55,786 nucleotides of DNA, from NCBI GenBank assembly GCA_044344255.1, contig JBIJDH010000036.1, forward strand, positions 1-55,786, written 5' to 3'. Within the stretch, counting starts at the first letter, position 1. Each line of letters begins with the position of its first letter. Below, in pieces: positions 18,352 through 28,127 of this stretch. The translations under genes and the position numbers were made by a program. The notes under the pieces are model-generated. The model did no database searches, was not told the DNA's origin, and was given only the letters and a program-made list of their open reading frames with translations. This DNA is from Myxococcota bacterium. GTDB lineage: Bacteria > Myxococcota_A > UBA796 > UBA2385.

Positions 18352-20481
18352 CTGGACCGCCCCGAGACCGCCGCAGATCGCTCCAAGGCCGCCGAAGAGC
18401 GCCCCGAGACCGCCGCAGATCGCCCCGAGGCCGCCGGCCCACCCCCCTCGGCGCGCCGGGGAGCCGGCTGCTTGCGCCTCCTCGGCGGCGCCGCGCTGCT
18501 GGCCCTCCTCAGCGCCGGGGGCGGGGCGCTCTGGTGGCGCCACCGCGCCGCGACCCTGGCCGAGGCCCAGGCCGAGCACGCCCAGGCGGCCTTCCAGCCT
18601 GCCCTCGACAAGCTCGAGCCCGCGGCCCCCACCTACGACATCGACCAGACCGTGCGGGTCATCCACGAGCTCGACCTCGCGCTCCAGCAGCAGCGCTCGC
18701 TCGATGGCTACCTCCAGTACATGGCCCGCCAGGACTACCAGGGCGTGGCGCCCGAGGTGCTCGAGGCCCGCCGCCGCGTGCTCGCCGTGCTGCTGCCCCT
18801 CTACGCGAGGCAGGTCGAGGCCGAGGACCAGCAGGCGATGTGGGAGACCACGTCCACCCTCATGCTGTCGGCCCTCTCGGTGGTCTCGGTGCAGGGCAAG
18901 GCCGGCCTCGTCGGGCCGTCGGGGAGCTTCTCCGTCGACCGGGAGCAGGCGCAGCGGGTGCTCGCCGACTGGCAGGCCCGTGAGGCCGAGCGCCGGGACC
19001 GGGTGCGGGACATGGCCGAGCTCGAGACCGAGCTCTATCGGGTGATGATCGACTACTCGGAGGTCTACTACCGCTACGTGGCCGAGTGGGACTCCCTCGT
19101 CGTGCTCCGCGACCGGGCCCGCCTCGCCTCGATGGCCGAGGACTGGCCCGCCACAGAGGCAGCCGCCACGGCGGCGCTGGAGCGGGCCCCGAAGGACAAG
19201 GAGTCGCCGCTGCTCCTGGCGATGGCCTGGATAGAGGCGGGCGGAGAGGAGCGCGACCCCGCGATCCGCGACCTGCTCGGTCGGTACATCGAGGACCACC
19301 CCGACGCCACCGCGCCGGCCTTCCTCCTCCTCGGCGTCAACCATGCGAAGCGGGGTCGCGCCGCCGAGGCCCGCCTCGCCTTTCAGCAGTCAGCCGCCTA
19401 TTACCCGCGACAGGCGGCCAACCTCACTGACATGCTCGACCCCTACAAGATGCGGGCCTATCTGAAGCAGTCCCGAGAGGGGGGCCTCATCCTCGAGGCC
19501 TATCAGAGCTCCATGCTCGGGGCCGGCTACTACAGCCCCGACCTCCAGATGGCCAAGCTCGACTTCGACTCGGGTGACTTCGAGCGGGGCCGCCAGGACG
19601 TGCTCGACCACTTCGCCCGCCGCCGCCAACAGGGGGAGTGGGCCTTCGTCATCCGCGACATCCAGTATTGCCAGGACCTGCTGGGGCCGCACTTCTGGGA
19701 GATCTTCCCCGAAGACTCCTGGCTCGACCTGGAGGTGGGCAAGACGCTCGTGGGCGGGGAGCTCAAGGTGTCGGTGAACAACCGCAGCGCCCGCACGCTG
19801 CGCAACGGCACCCTCGTGCTCGCCCTCCACCTGACCGACATGTACCCGGGCGAATACACGGCCATTCAGGTGCCCCGAACCCAGCCGGCGGTGCCTGCGC
19901 ACACCGTGACCGACTTCGGCTCCGTGCCGATCGCGCTCGGAGAGCCCGGCCGCGAGAAGAGCATCGGCGACATCGTGGAGCACCGGGCCATCCTCATCTC
20001 CGACGAGGCGGTCTCCTGGGTCGACACCGACGCCTACAAGATCGCCGAGTCGCAGGAATTCGCCGACGCCCGCGCCGCCGCCCGCTCCACCGGCCGCGCC
20101 GCCACCGCCCCGCCGCCGAGCCGCCTCCACCCCGAGTTTCAGCCCGCCGCCGAGCAGCTCCTCGCGCGGGCCGCCCGCGAGGTGGGCTTCGAGACCGAGT
20201 CCCGCCTCGGCAAGGACGACATCCTCATCGAGCTCCCGCGTGAGCTCGCCATCCTCCGCCCGGTCTTTCGCCTGCGATACGGCGGGGCAGAGATGGTCGC
20301 CACCGAGAACCTGATCGAGGACGACCGCATCCGCCTGCGCTTCCCCGGTGTGGACAACTTCGAGTCTCTCCCGGACAGCCGGGACGTCGCCCTGGAGATG
20401 GAGACCGCCTTCGGCACCGTCACCTTCGCCTGGACGGGCGGAGGCCAGGTCGGCTGGACCTATCAGGGGCTTCGACGATAG
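18352..20481 (+). CDS. Membrane-anchored TPR-containing hypothetical protein
   Basis: N-terminal TM helix, coiled coil, TPR-like helices. Start is TTG 18472 or an in-frame CTG 18352 after GGAGG. Confidence 0.75.
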   Translation: MDRPETAADRSKAAEERPETAADRPEAAGPPPSARRGAGCLRLLGGAALLALLSAGGGALWWRHRAATLAEAQAEHAQAAFQPALDKLEPAAPTYDIDQTVRVIHELDLALQQQRSLDGYLQYMARQDYQGVAPEVLEARRRVLAVLLPLYARQVEAEDQQAMWETTSTLMLSALSVVSVQGKAGLVGPSGSFSVDREQAQRVLADWQAREAERRDRVRDMAELETELYRVMIDYSEVYYRYVAEWDSLVVLRDRARLASMAEDWPATEAAATAALERAPKDKESPLLLAMAWIEAGGEERDPAIRDLLGRYIEDHPDATAPAFLLLGVNHAKRGRAAEARLAFQQSAAYYPRQAANLTDMLDPYKMRAYLKQSREGGLILEAYQSSMLGAGYYSPDLQMAKLDFDSGDFERGRQDVLDHFARRRQQGEWAFVIRDIQYCQDLLGPHFWEIFPEDSWLDLEVGKTLVGGELKVSVNNRSARTLRNGTLVLALHLTDMYPGEYTAIQVPRTQPAVPAHTVTDFGSVPIALGEPGREKSIGDIVEHRAILISDEAVSWVDTDAYKIAESQEFADARAAARSTGRAATAPPPSRLHPEFQPAAEQLLARAAREVGFETESRLGKDDILIELPRELAILRPVFRLRYGGAEMVATENLIEDDRIRLRFPGVDNFESLPDSRDVALEMETAFGTVTFAWTGGGQVGWTYQGLRR
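18358..18436 (+). repeat. Imperfect 21-bp tandem repeat (RPETAAD-like units)
   Basis: CGCCCCGAGACCGCCGCAGAT twice plus two variant copies. Confidence 0.7.
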
Positions 20482-20505
20482 GGCCGCCGCGGGCCGAGGG
20501 GCCGC

Positions 20506-23500
20506 TCAAGGCACCGTGCCCTCCTCCTCCTCTCGATGACAGGTGTGGGGGAGCACAGCCGCTCCCTCCTCCCCGCCTCGCCCCTCCTTCGATGCCTCCC
20601 CGCCCTCGGCGCGAGCGTTGATCTCGCCCTTCAACCTGGACTTGACCCGCTTGGTCACATAGGCCTGCAGGTTCTCGATCGGAGAGGCGGTGGGGACGTA
20701 CCACTTGGGCGGTGCGACCGAGTCGATGAGCTCCTTCACCGAGCCATCCAGCTCCTGCGTCGCGAGCTCGACGAGCTCGGCGCGGGTGAAACGTCGGCGG
20801 GACTCGCGGTCGAGGGTGAGCAGCGCCTCCTCGGCGGCCTTCAGCAGCTTGTCGTCGCCCATCGAGCCGGCGGCCTCGAGCAGGGCCTGGGTGGCGGCCG
20901 AGGCGCCCTCCCTAGCGGAGGCGACCGCGGCGCGGCGCGCGGCGGCGTCGGGCTGGACAGCGGCCACGCCGAGGAAGGCGCGGAGGTCGTCGACGAAGCT
21001 CCCCCAGCGCGTGACGAGCCGATTGAACAGGGCGAGCAGGCGCTCCGCCGCGGGCCCGCCGAGGCGCTTCAGGAAGGCGGCCGCCGAGCCGGCGAGGCCG
21101 AAGAGCTCGTCCAGCACCTTGCTGGCCGGGCCCATCAGGGCGCCGAGCGCGAGATCGGGCACGGCGAGGAGCGTCGCGCAGGCCTGGAGGGCCGCCGCGA
21201 CCTTGGGCGCCGCCTGGAGCACGGCGCCCGCGCCGGCCGTGAGGATGTACTGCGCGAAGAAGGTCGCCGCGATCTTGCCGATCTTCACACCCACGTCCCA
21301 GGGCTCGACGTCGCCCGCGCCGTGAAAGAAGGCCTCGAGCGCCGCGCCCATCAGGTCGCCGCCCGCCGCCGAGAGGCCGGCGACGACGACGTCCCAGAGA
21401 TCGCCGAGGGCGCGGGCCAGGGCGGGGAGGTCACCGATGCCCTGCTCGAAGGTCTCCGCGAGAGACTTCGCGAGGTCCCACAGGGTGCCCGGCGGCTGCT
21501 CGAGGGTGGGCCCGGCCTGGGCGAGGGGGGTGGCCGCCGCGACGGCCTCGGGGCTGAACTCGTCTTCTTTGTAGTGGGCATCGCCGAGATCGTCAAAGGC
21601 GACCACCGCGCCCCCCGCCAGCCACCAGGCCACCTGGGCCGGCCACGTCAGGGCGAGGACGAGCAGGTCGGAGGCGAGGGTTTGGACCGCGAAGACAAAC
21701 TTCGCGCCCTCAATCACCTGCTCGATCACCCCGACGCCGAGCCCCCACCCGACGCCGCCGAGGATCTGCACCGCGGCCTCGGGAGAGAAGAGCTCGGAGA
21801 TCTGGGACACGAGGGTCAGCTTGTCGGCCGCTGGCAGGGCGTGCACCGCCGCCACCGCGCCGAGGATCACCGCGTGGAGGGCGGCGCCGAGCGGGGGGCC
21901 GAGGCCCGGGAGGGTGAGACAGACGAGGCCCACCACCTGATCGACGTTCGCCGCGAGGAAGGTGGCGAGCGCGTCGAGGATCCCGCCCTTGTAGCAGTCC
22001 GGGAGCAGCGTGAAGGCCGTCGAGAGGAGGATGCGCGGGGTGGCCAGCGGGTTCGCCATCGCCTCTCCCAGCGCCAGGAGCACGGTGCCGTAGGGCCCAA
22101 AGACGCCTGCGGCGGTCTCCCCGAAGCGGTCGAGGGCGGCCTCGAGCTCCCCCCAGAGCGGCGTCTCGAGGAGACCGTTCAGGGCCGTCCAGAGCAGCGA
22201 GAGCGTCGAGGCGAGGCGCTGGAGGATCGGATACCCCACGGCCACGTCGAAGGCCGAGCCGAGGCCGATCACGAGCCGGCGCAGCCCCGCCGTGATCTCC
22301 GCCCCGGTGGCCTTGATCCCGTCCACCACGGCCATGCCGGAGTCCACGAAGCCCGGCACCCAGGTGCCGCCCATCTCCCGGTGCGCGGCCTCCACGAGGT
22401 CCGGGTCACCCAGGTGGGCCCGGAGCCACTGTACACCCTCTACGATCTCTATCCCGAGGTCGATGAGGCGGTAGAGCGCCTCCACCCCGGGCAGGGCGAA
22501 GAGGGCGGCGACGAGCTCTGCCACCACCCCCTGCACCGCGGCGAGGGCCTGCCCCACGACCTCGTCCCAGAGGCGCCCGAAGAGCGCGAGCGTCCCGCCG
22601 TCCGCATCCCCGAGTCCGAGGGCCAGGGAGATCTCGTCGGCGAGCGCCGCGTCGAGGCCGCGCAGCAGCTGGATGCCGTCCTGGATGGCCGTGAAGGTGG
22701 AGGCGATGCGGGGGGCGAAGGCCCAGAGCAGGGCCTCGGTGTAGGAGGCGGCGCCCTCGCCGATCGCGGCGAGGGGGCCGTCCACCCCGGCCTTCAGGCG
22801 ATCGAAGAGCTGCGCCCCCATCGTGTTCGAGAGGAGCCCGTCGGCGAGGCCTTGGAGGCCCTCAATCCAGCCGGGGAGCGCCTCACAGCAGGCCGGGTCG
22901 CCCGCGGCGGCGCCCGAGACGGCCCCCGAGCCCGCGGCGAGGGCCTCGAGGAAGCCGTTGACCTCGGCGGCGAGGTCGAAGCCGCCGACGGAGACGTCGA
23001 GATGCTGGGAGACCTCGGCCTGGAGGGCCTCCTTCAGGGGCTCGACGCCCTGCTCGATGGTGTCGGCGAGCAGCGGCGAGACCGGCCGCACGAGCGCCGC
23101 CAGCCCCTTTGTGGCCGCCCCGGGCTCCTCCTCAAGCGGGGCCTCCTCCATCTTGTGTTGGACCGGCTCCGGGAGCGGGGAGCCACCGCCCTGCTGGAGG
23201 CGGACTTGGGCAGCCTGATTGCCGCCGCGGAGCCACTCTGCGTCGTCCACCCCGGCGAGGGCGCGGCGTATCGTCTCGGCCACCGGCCCGCCGAGCTCCC
23301 CCTCCCCGGCGACACAGGCGGTGAGGAGCCCGTTGCCCAGCCGATCGTGGAGCAGGCCCACCAGATCGGGGCCCAGCTCGCCGACGGGGAGGCCGAGGCC
23401 GGGCCGGCGCGCGAGGTCCCCGGCTCGCGGGTGGGGCCGCCGCTGCGCCGACGGGACGGTCGGCCGGGCGAGCGGGGAGGGAAGCGGGGGGGAGGTCGTG

Positions 23501-23523
23501 GACGGGCGGAGGTTGGCGCGCAT
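20506..23523 (-). CDS. Large helical protein resembling DUF4157/eCIS-associated proteins but lacking the core
   Basis: 1005-aa ORF. LGNG...GGNQA...GGGSPLPEPVQHKMEEA lead-in followed by a long Ala/Leu/Gly-rich helical region. Confidence 0.65.
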   Translation of the reverse strand: MRANLRPSTTSPPLPSPLARPTVPSAQRRPHPRAGDLARRPGLGLPVGELGPDLVGLLHDRLGNGLLTACVAGEGELGGPVAETIRRALAGVDDAEWLRGGNQAAQVRLQQGGGSPLPEPVQHKMEEAPLEEEPGAATKGLAALVRPVSPLLADTIEQGVEPLKEALQAEVSQHLDVSVGGFDLAAEVNGFLEALAAGSGAVSGAAAGDPACCEALPGWIEGLQGLADGLLSNTMGAQLFDRLKAGVDGPLAAIGEGAASYTEALLWAFAPRIASTFTAIQDGIQLLRGLDAALADEISLALGLGDADGGTLALFGRLWDEVVGQALAAVQGVVAELVAALFALPGVEALYRLIDLGIEIVEGVQWLRAHLGDPDLVEAAHREMGGTWVPGFVDSGMAVVDGIKATGAEITAGLRRLVIGLGSAFDVAVGYPILQRLASTLSLLWTALNGLLETPLWGELEAALDRFGETAAGVFGPYGTVLLALGEAMANPLATPRILLSTAFTLLPDCYKGGILDALATFLAANVDQVVGLVCLTLPGLGPPLGAALHAVILGAVAAVHALPAADKLTLVSQISELFSPEAAVQILGGVGWGLGVGVIEQVIEGAKFVFAVQTLASDLLVLALTWPAQVAWWLAGGAVVAFDDLGDAHYKEDEFSPEAVAAATPLAQAGPTLEQPPGTLWDLAKSLAETFEQGIGDLPALARALGDLWDVVVAGLSAAGGDLMGAALEAFFHGAGDVEPWDVGVKIGKIAATFFAQYILTAGAGAVLQAAPKVAAALQACATLLAVPDLALGALMGPASKVLDELFGLAGSAAAFLKRLGGPAAERLLALFNRLVTRWGSFVDDLRAFLGVAAVQPDAAARRAAVASAREGASAATQALLEAAGSMGDDKLLKAAEEALLTLDRESRRRFTRAELVELATQELDGSVKELIDSVAPPKWYVPTASPIENLQAYVTKRVKSRLKGEINARAEGGEASKEGRGGEEGAAVLPHTCHREEEEGTVP

Positions 23524-23739
23524 GGCTGGCGCCCCTGCAGGGTCCGTGCCATTGTATTTTCAGCCATTTACGCCAGAGTGACGACCGTCAGGTGTCCGAC
23601 GGTGTCCGAAATCCCGGCAGGGCGCTCCGTGGGCGGGTCGCTCGAACGGTCAAAGGGGGAGCGCGCATCGAGGTCATCGGAATGTCATGAATTGTCCGTC
23701 GGACCGCCACGGGGCTTCACCGCCTGCGGCGCCCGGACC

Positions 23740-23745
23740 TACAAT
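23740..23745 (+). promoter_or_regulatory. Candidate -10 box for a leaderless transcript
   Basis: TACAAT lies 6 nt before ATG 23752 and no SD is visible. Confidence 0.3.
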
Positions 23746-23751
23746 CCGCCG

Positions 23752-26169
23752 ATGAACCGCCCCTCGCTCGACCCCCGCTCCCCGCGCGCCCCCTGGTGCC
23801 TCTCGCTCCTCCTCGCGGCCGCCTGCGCGGGCGGAGGCACCCCGTCCGACAAAGCGACGGGAGGAGACGGCGCGGCCGATGGCGGGGAGGGCGCCGACGG
23901 CGCGGACGGCGGGGCCGACGGCATCGACGGCGCCGACACCGGGGCGATAGACCCTTGCGCCCACCTCACGGCCTCCCCCAGCGTCGACCACCCTGCCGGC
24001 CACATCCCCTTCCGCCCCACCCTGTCCGGTGCCGCGTCTTGCGGGCCCGCCGAGATCGTAGAGTGGCGCTGGGAGATCGGCGGCACGGTGCTCACCGGGG
24101 TCGACGTGCAGTGGACCGGGCTCCAAGCCGGCACCTTCTCCGCCTCCCTCACGGTCACCGACGCGGCCGGAGACACCGACACCGGCGTCCTCTCCCTCGA
24201 GGTCGTCCCTCAGGAGTGCCCGGAGGTGCAGCCCGAGCTCACCCTCGGCCTCGTCGCCGACGATGAGCTGGTCGAGGCCTCGGGGTTGATCGTCAGTCGG
24301 CGCGACCCCGAGATCCTCTGGACCCACAATGACTCCGGCGACACCTCCCGCCTCTTCGCCCTCGACCGCGACGGCGCCGCGCTCGGCACCTGGAGCTTCG
24401 ACCTCCCGGACAGCGACTGGGAAGACCTCGCCTGGGGTACAGACCCCGACACCCACGCCCCGCTGCTCTTCATCGGCGACACCGGGAACAACAGCGGCGC
24501 TCGCGAGTCGCTCAAGGTCTACATCCTCGAGGAGCCGGTGGTCGACCGCAGCGCCGGCCCCGTCGACACGGTCGTCACGAGCTGGAAGACCCTGACCCTC
24601 CACACCCCCGAGCCCGTCAACGTCGACTCCCTCTTCGTCGATCCCGTCACCGGCGACCTCTTCCTCCTGAGCGACGACACGACGAGCGAGGTCCCCGGGC
24701 CCGCCTATCTTCTGCGTAAGCCCGCACCCCACCAGGACGGCGAAGAGGTCACCCTCGAGGTGGCCGGCCAGCTCGCCTTCGGCGGCGAGTCCCTGCCGGG
24801 AGACGCCATCGCGACCGGCGCCGACACCAGCCCCGATGGCGACCGTATCGTGGTGCGCACCCGCGACGAGGCCTGGCTCTGGCTTCGCGACGGCAGCCAG
24901 TCGGTGACCGAGGCCCTCTTGGGCGAGGCGCCCTGTCCCGTGCCCCTGCCCGAGCAGCCCCTCGGCGAGAGCGTAGCCTTCGACATTCGGGACGGTGGCC
25001 TGCTCACCGTGAGCGAGGGAGAGAACCAGCCCGTCCTCCGCGTGCCCTTCATCGAGGTGGCCGACTGTTTCGACGAGATGTTCGCGGTGCTCGAGGCCGA
25101 TCCGCCGACCGGCCCCCTCCCCTTCACGGTGAGCCTGAGCGCCGCCGAGTCCTGTGTGCCCGCCGGGCTCCGCGAGGCCTCCTGGTCCATCGAGGGGATG
25201 GACGAGACCCTGCTCGGAGAGACCGTCACCGCCACCTTCCTGGCCTCCGGTCGATACTCGGTCCTGCTCACGCTCGAAGACATGGACGGAGACACCGTCA
25301 CCGCCTCTACCGAGCTCGTGGTCGAGAGCGGTGACTGCCCCGTCGCCGGTGAGGGAGAGACCCTCGGAGAGGTCACCGACGAGACCCTGTCTGAGATCTC
25401 GGGCGTGGTGGTCGGCCGCCTGAACCCCGAGGTGCTGTGGGTGCACAACGACTCCGGGCATGAACCCATCCTCTACGCCCTCAACCGAGAGGGGGCCCTC
25501 GTGGGGAGCTGGACCTTGGACGTCCCCTCCGGCGACATCGAAGACATCGCCGCCGGCTACGGGGCGGACGGTACGCCCGAGCTCTGGCTCGGCCGAATCG
25601 GCGACAACGAAAAAGACAAGGAGTCTATCGCGCTCTATCGCGTAGACGAGCCGCTCGTGGTGGAAGGGGAGGAGATCGAGCACACGCTGTCCGAGGCCGA
25701 CATCGACACCCTCACGCTCACCTACCCCGAGGGCCCCCGAAACTGTGAGACGCTCCTGCTCGATCCCGTCAGCGGTGACCTCCTGCTCGTGACGAAGGAC
25801 ACCGACGGCCTCTCCGACGTCTATCGAAAGGCCGCCCCCCACATCGACGGGGAGACCGCGGTGCTCGAGCATGTCGCCTCGCTCACCTTCGGCGGCGAGG
25901 CCCTCCCCGGCTCAAAGACCACCACGGGCGGAGAGTTCAGCCCCGACGGCGCCTGGATCGCGGTGCGCACCTACTCTTCGACCGCCTGGCTCTGGCGGAG
26001 AGACCAGAGCGCCACCCTCGCCGACGCCTTCAATTCGGAGGCCTGTCCGCTTGATCTCCCCACAGAGACCCAGGGAGAGTCGCTCTGCTTCGACGCCGAC
26101 GGGGGCTCCGTCATCGCGATCAGCGAGGGGGTGCACCCGCCCATTCACCGCACGCCCCTCTCTCGATAG
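23752..26169 (+). CDS. Lipoprotein with duplicated PKD + beta-propeller-like modules
   Basis: AAAC lipobox; two PKD-like segments, each followed by E.SG....R..PE.LW.HNDSG...ED.A repeats. Confidence 0.8.
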   Translation: MNRPSLDPRSPRAPWCLSLLLAAACAGGGTPSDKATGGDGAADGGEGADGADGGADGIDGADTGAIDPCAHLTASPSVDHPAGHIPFRPTLSGAASCGPAEIVEWRWEIGGTVLTGVDVQWTGLQAGTFSASLTVTDAAGDTDTGVLSLEVVPQECPEVQPELTLGLVADDELVEASGLIVSRRDPEILWTHNDSGDTSRLFALDRDGAALGTWSFDLPDSDWEDLAWGTDPDTHAPLLFIGDTGNNSGARESLKVYILEEPVVDRSAGPVDTVVTSWKTLTLHTPEPVNVDSLFVDPVTGDLFLLSDDTTSEVPGPAYLLRKPAPHQDGEEVTLEVAGQLAFGGESLPGDAIATGADTSPDGDRIVVRTRDEAWLWLRDGSQSVTEALLGEAPCPVPLPEQPLGESVAFDIRDGGLLTVSEGENQPVLRVPFIEVADCFDEMFAVLEADPPTGPLPFTVSLSAAESCVPAGLREASWSIEGMDETLLGETVTATFLASGRYSVLLTLEDMDGDTVTASTELVVESGDCPVAGEGETLGEVTDETLSEISGVVVGRLNPEVLWVHNDSGHEPILYALNREGALVGSWTLDVPSGDIEDIAAGYGADGTPELWLGRIGDNEKDKESIALYRVDEPLVVEGEEIEHTLSEADIDTLTLTYPEGPRNCETLLLDPVSGDLLLVTKDTDGLSDVYRKAAPHIDGETAVLEHVASLTFGGEALPGSKTTTGGEFSPDGAWIAVRTYSSTAWLWRRDQSATLADAFNSEACPLDLPTETQGESLCFDADGGSVIAISEGVHPPIHRTPLSR

Positions 26170-26193
26170 AGGGCGCGGGGAGCTACCCGTCCC

Positions 26194-26976
26194 TCAGCCG
26201 TCGAGCCAGCTCATGATGTCCCATTGGTCGAGGTCGTAGGCGATCTGCTGCATCTCCATCCCGCGGTTCAGGAGGACATACAGGGGGATGGAGGTGCGTC
26301 CGTACTGGGTGAAGGCTTCGAAGTTGTCGTCGGCCAGCACGGGGAAGGGGAGGTCGTGGTCCTCCGCCCACTGGAGGAGGTCTGCTTCGGTGGGCGTCTG
26401 GTATTCGGCGTCCTCCCCGAGCACCTGGACCACCAGGAGGGGACCGGAGCTCTCGTACGTGTTGGCCCAGTCTCGGAGGTCGGCCGTCCTGGCCGCCGTG
26501 GCTCCGTCCCAAGCGGCGCCGAAGGCGAGCAGGACGAAGTGGTCGCAGAAGTCGTAGAGATGCACCGTGTCGCCGTACTGGTCGAGGAGCGCGAAGTCCT
26601 CGACCACCTCGCCCACGTCGGTGCCGGTCGCGTGGATGGAGTCGGCGCAGGAGTCCTGGGGCCAACCCCCGGTGTAGGGGCCACCCGGGTCGCCGCTGTC
26701 GGTGCCTCCACCATCGGTGCCTCCGCCGTCGGTGCCTCCGCCGTCGGTGCCTCCACCGTCGGTGCCTCCACCGTCGGTGCCTCCGCCGTCGGTGCCTCCG
26801 CCGTCGAGGCCACCGCCATCGGTGGCTCCGCCATCGGCGCCTCCGCCATCGGTGGCGCCACCGTCAGCGGCGCCGTCATCGGTTCCGGCTTTGGTGTTGC
26901 CGGTGTCGGCGCCGTTGAAGGAGCCTCCACAGGAGAAAAGGAGGAGCGTCGAGAGGAGGAGGCGTTTCGGAGCCAT
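26194..26976 (-). CDS. Redoxin/TlpA-like lipoprotein lacking CxxC
   Basis: LFSC lipobox, (GGTDG)n linker, EDFALLDQYG...FPVLAD...IP.YVLLNR; active-site position reads WDGAT. Confidence 0.75.
   Translation of the reverse strand: MAPKRLLLSTLLLFSCGGSFNGADTGNTKAGTDDGAADGGATDGGGADGGATDGGGLDGGGTDGGGTDGGGTDGGGTDGGGTDGGGTDGGGTDSGDPGGPYTGGWPQDSCADSIHATGTDVGEVVEDFALLDQYGDTVHLYDFCDHFVLLAFGAAWDGATAARTADLRDWANTYESSGPLLVVQVLGEDAEYQTPTEADLLQWAEDHDLPFPVLADDNFEAFTQYGRTSIPLYVLLNRGMEMQQIAYDLDQWDIMSWLDG
26699..26881 (-). repeat. 15-bp coding tandem repeat (DGGGT)n
   Basis: About 12 imperfect copies of CCGTCGGTGCCTCC(A/G). Confidence 0.9.
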
Positions 26977-27079
26977 GGGAATCCCGTGGGAGGACGGCAC
27001 TCTACCTCAAGGGCGCCGGGTCGGCGCGGGTTCGGCGACCGTCCAAGTGGGGCTCCGCGCCCTCGTCGGCCGCCGGGGA

Positions 27080-28045
27080 TCAGATCGCCTGCGGCGGGTG
27101 CCCGACCGACACGAGGTACCGGACCAGCGCCGGGCCCGAGAGGGCGGTGGTGCGGTCATTCGTCAGCGGGTGACAGTGCACGAGCGGGGCCTCGAAGAGC
27201 GAGCGCTCCAGCACCACGGTGACGAGGCCGCCGCGGTCATTCCGAGCGGCGAAGGGGGTCACCGCGCCCGGCTCGACGGCGAGGTGCTCGCGCAGGCGGG
27301 CGGTGGAGGCGAAGCTCAGGTTGCCCGCTCCCAGCGCCCGCCCGAGCGCCGCGATGTCGACCGCGTGGTCTTCCGGGAGGGTCACGAGCCACATCCTGCC
27401 CTTCTTGTTGCGCAAGAAGAGGTTCTTGACGTGGACGTCCGGCTCACCAGCGACACGCACGGCGCGGGCCTGCTCGACCGTGAAGACGGGGGCGTGCTCG
27501 ACGGTCTGGGCCTCGATCCCGAGGGCCTCGAGCTCGGCGAAGAGGGGCGCGGCAGGGTCGGTCCAGTCGATCGACTGGGTCACCATGCGGTCTCCGTCGA
27601 AGAGGAAGCGACCGTCGAAACGATAGCCGGCGAGCATCCGCGGCAGCCAGAGCACGTCGTCGGCCCACATCTCGTCGTAGGGCACCTGCTCGACGGGGAC
27701 CCACAGGGGCAGTGCCTCGGCCGTCTCTTGGGGCTCGCCCGCGCAGGCGTCGGACATGAAGACGTGGCAGTGCAGGCTGTATCCATCGACGAACTGAAAG
27801 CGGAGCTCGCCCCGGTGCCGCGGGGCCTCCGGCGTTACGCAGAGCTCCTCCTGAACCTCCCGGATCGCGGCCTCGAGCGGGGTCTCACCCGGCTCGAGGC
27901 GCCCGCCCGGGGCGTTGATCTTGCCCATGCCGAGGCCGCGCTTCTTTCGCATGAGCAGCAGCTCGCCGCCCACACGAACGAAGAGCAGGGTCGCGATGTC
28001 TCGAGGTGTCCAGGCGGTCCAGTCGGGCTCGGCGGGGTGTGTCAT
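27080..28045 (-). CDS. Fusion: MTH1-like Nudix hydrolase + ProX/PrdX (YbaK superfamily) aminoacyl-tRNA deacylase
   Basis: KKRGLG.G, Nudix box GRLEPGETPLEAAIREVQEE and PYDEMWADD; then EHAPVFTVE, KNLFL, GAVTPF and HPLTND. Confidence 0.88.
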   Translation of the reverse strand: MTHPAEPDWTAWTPRDIATLLFVRVGGELLLMRKKRGLGMGKINAPGGRLEPGETPLEAAIREVQEELCVTPEAPRHRGELRFQFVDGYSLHCHVFMSDACAGEPQETAEALPLWVPVEQVPYDEMWADDVLWLPRMLAGYRFDGRFLFDGDRMVTQSIDWTDPAAPLFAELEALGIEAQTVEHAPVFTVEQARAVRVAGEPDVHVKNLFLRNKKGRMWLVTLPEDHAVDIAALGRALGAGNLSFASTARLREHLAVEPGAVTPFAARNDRGGLVTVVLERSLFEAPLVHCHPLTNDRTTALSGPALVRYLVSVGHPPQAI

Positions 28046-28127
28046 TCGGGCTGCTAACCCGCGCCCCCGCCTCCGCCCCAGCCTCCGACCCCGACCCCGC
28101 CCTCGGCGTCAGGCCACGAGGGCCAGC

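Noticed and set aside
23530..23750. Structured RNA in the divergent intergenic region
   Set aside because: Only a short 9-bp inverted match (GTCCGACGG/CCGTCGGAC); no recognisable riboswitch or tRNA.
20536..23751. 5' part of the 1877-aa plus-strand ORF
   Set aside because: Antisense shadow of the 20506-23523 gene. The real lipoprotein starts at 23752.
26490..26520. Selenocysteine in the redoxin active site
   Set aside because: The codons are GAC and ACG, with no in-frame TGA.
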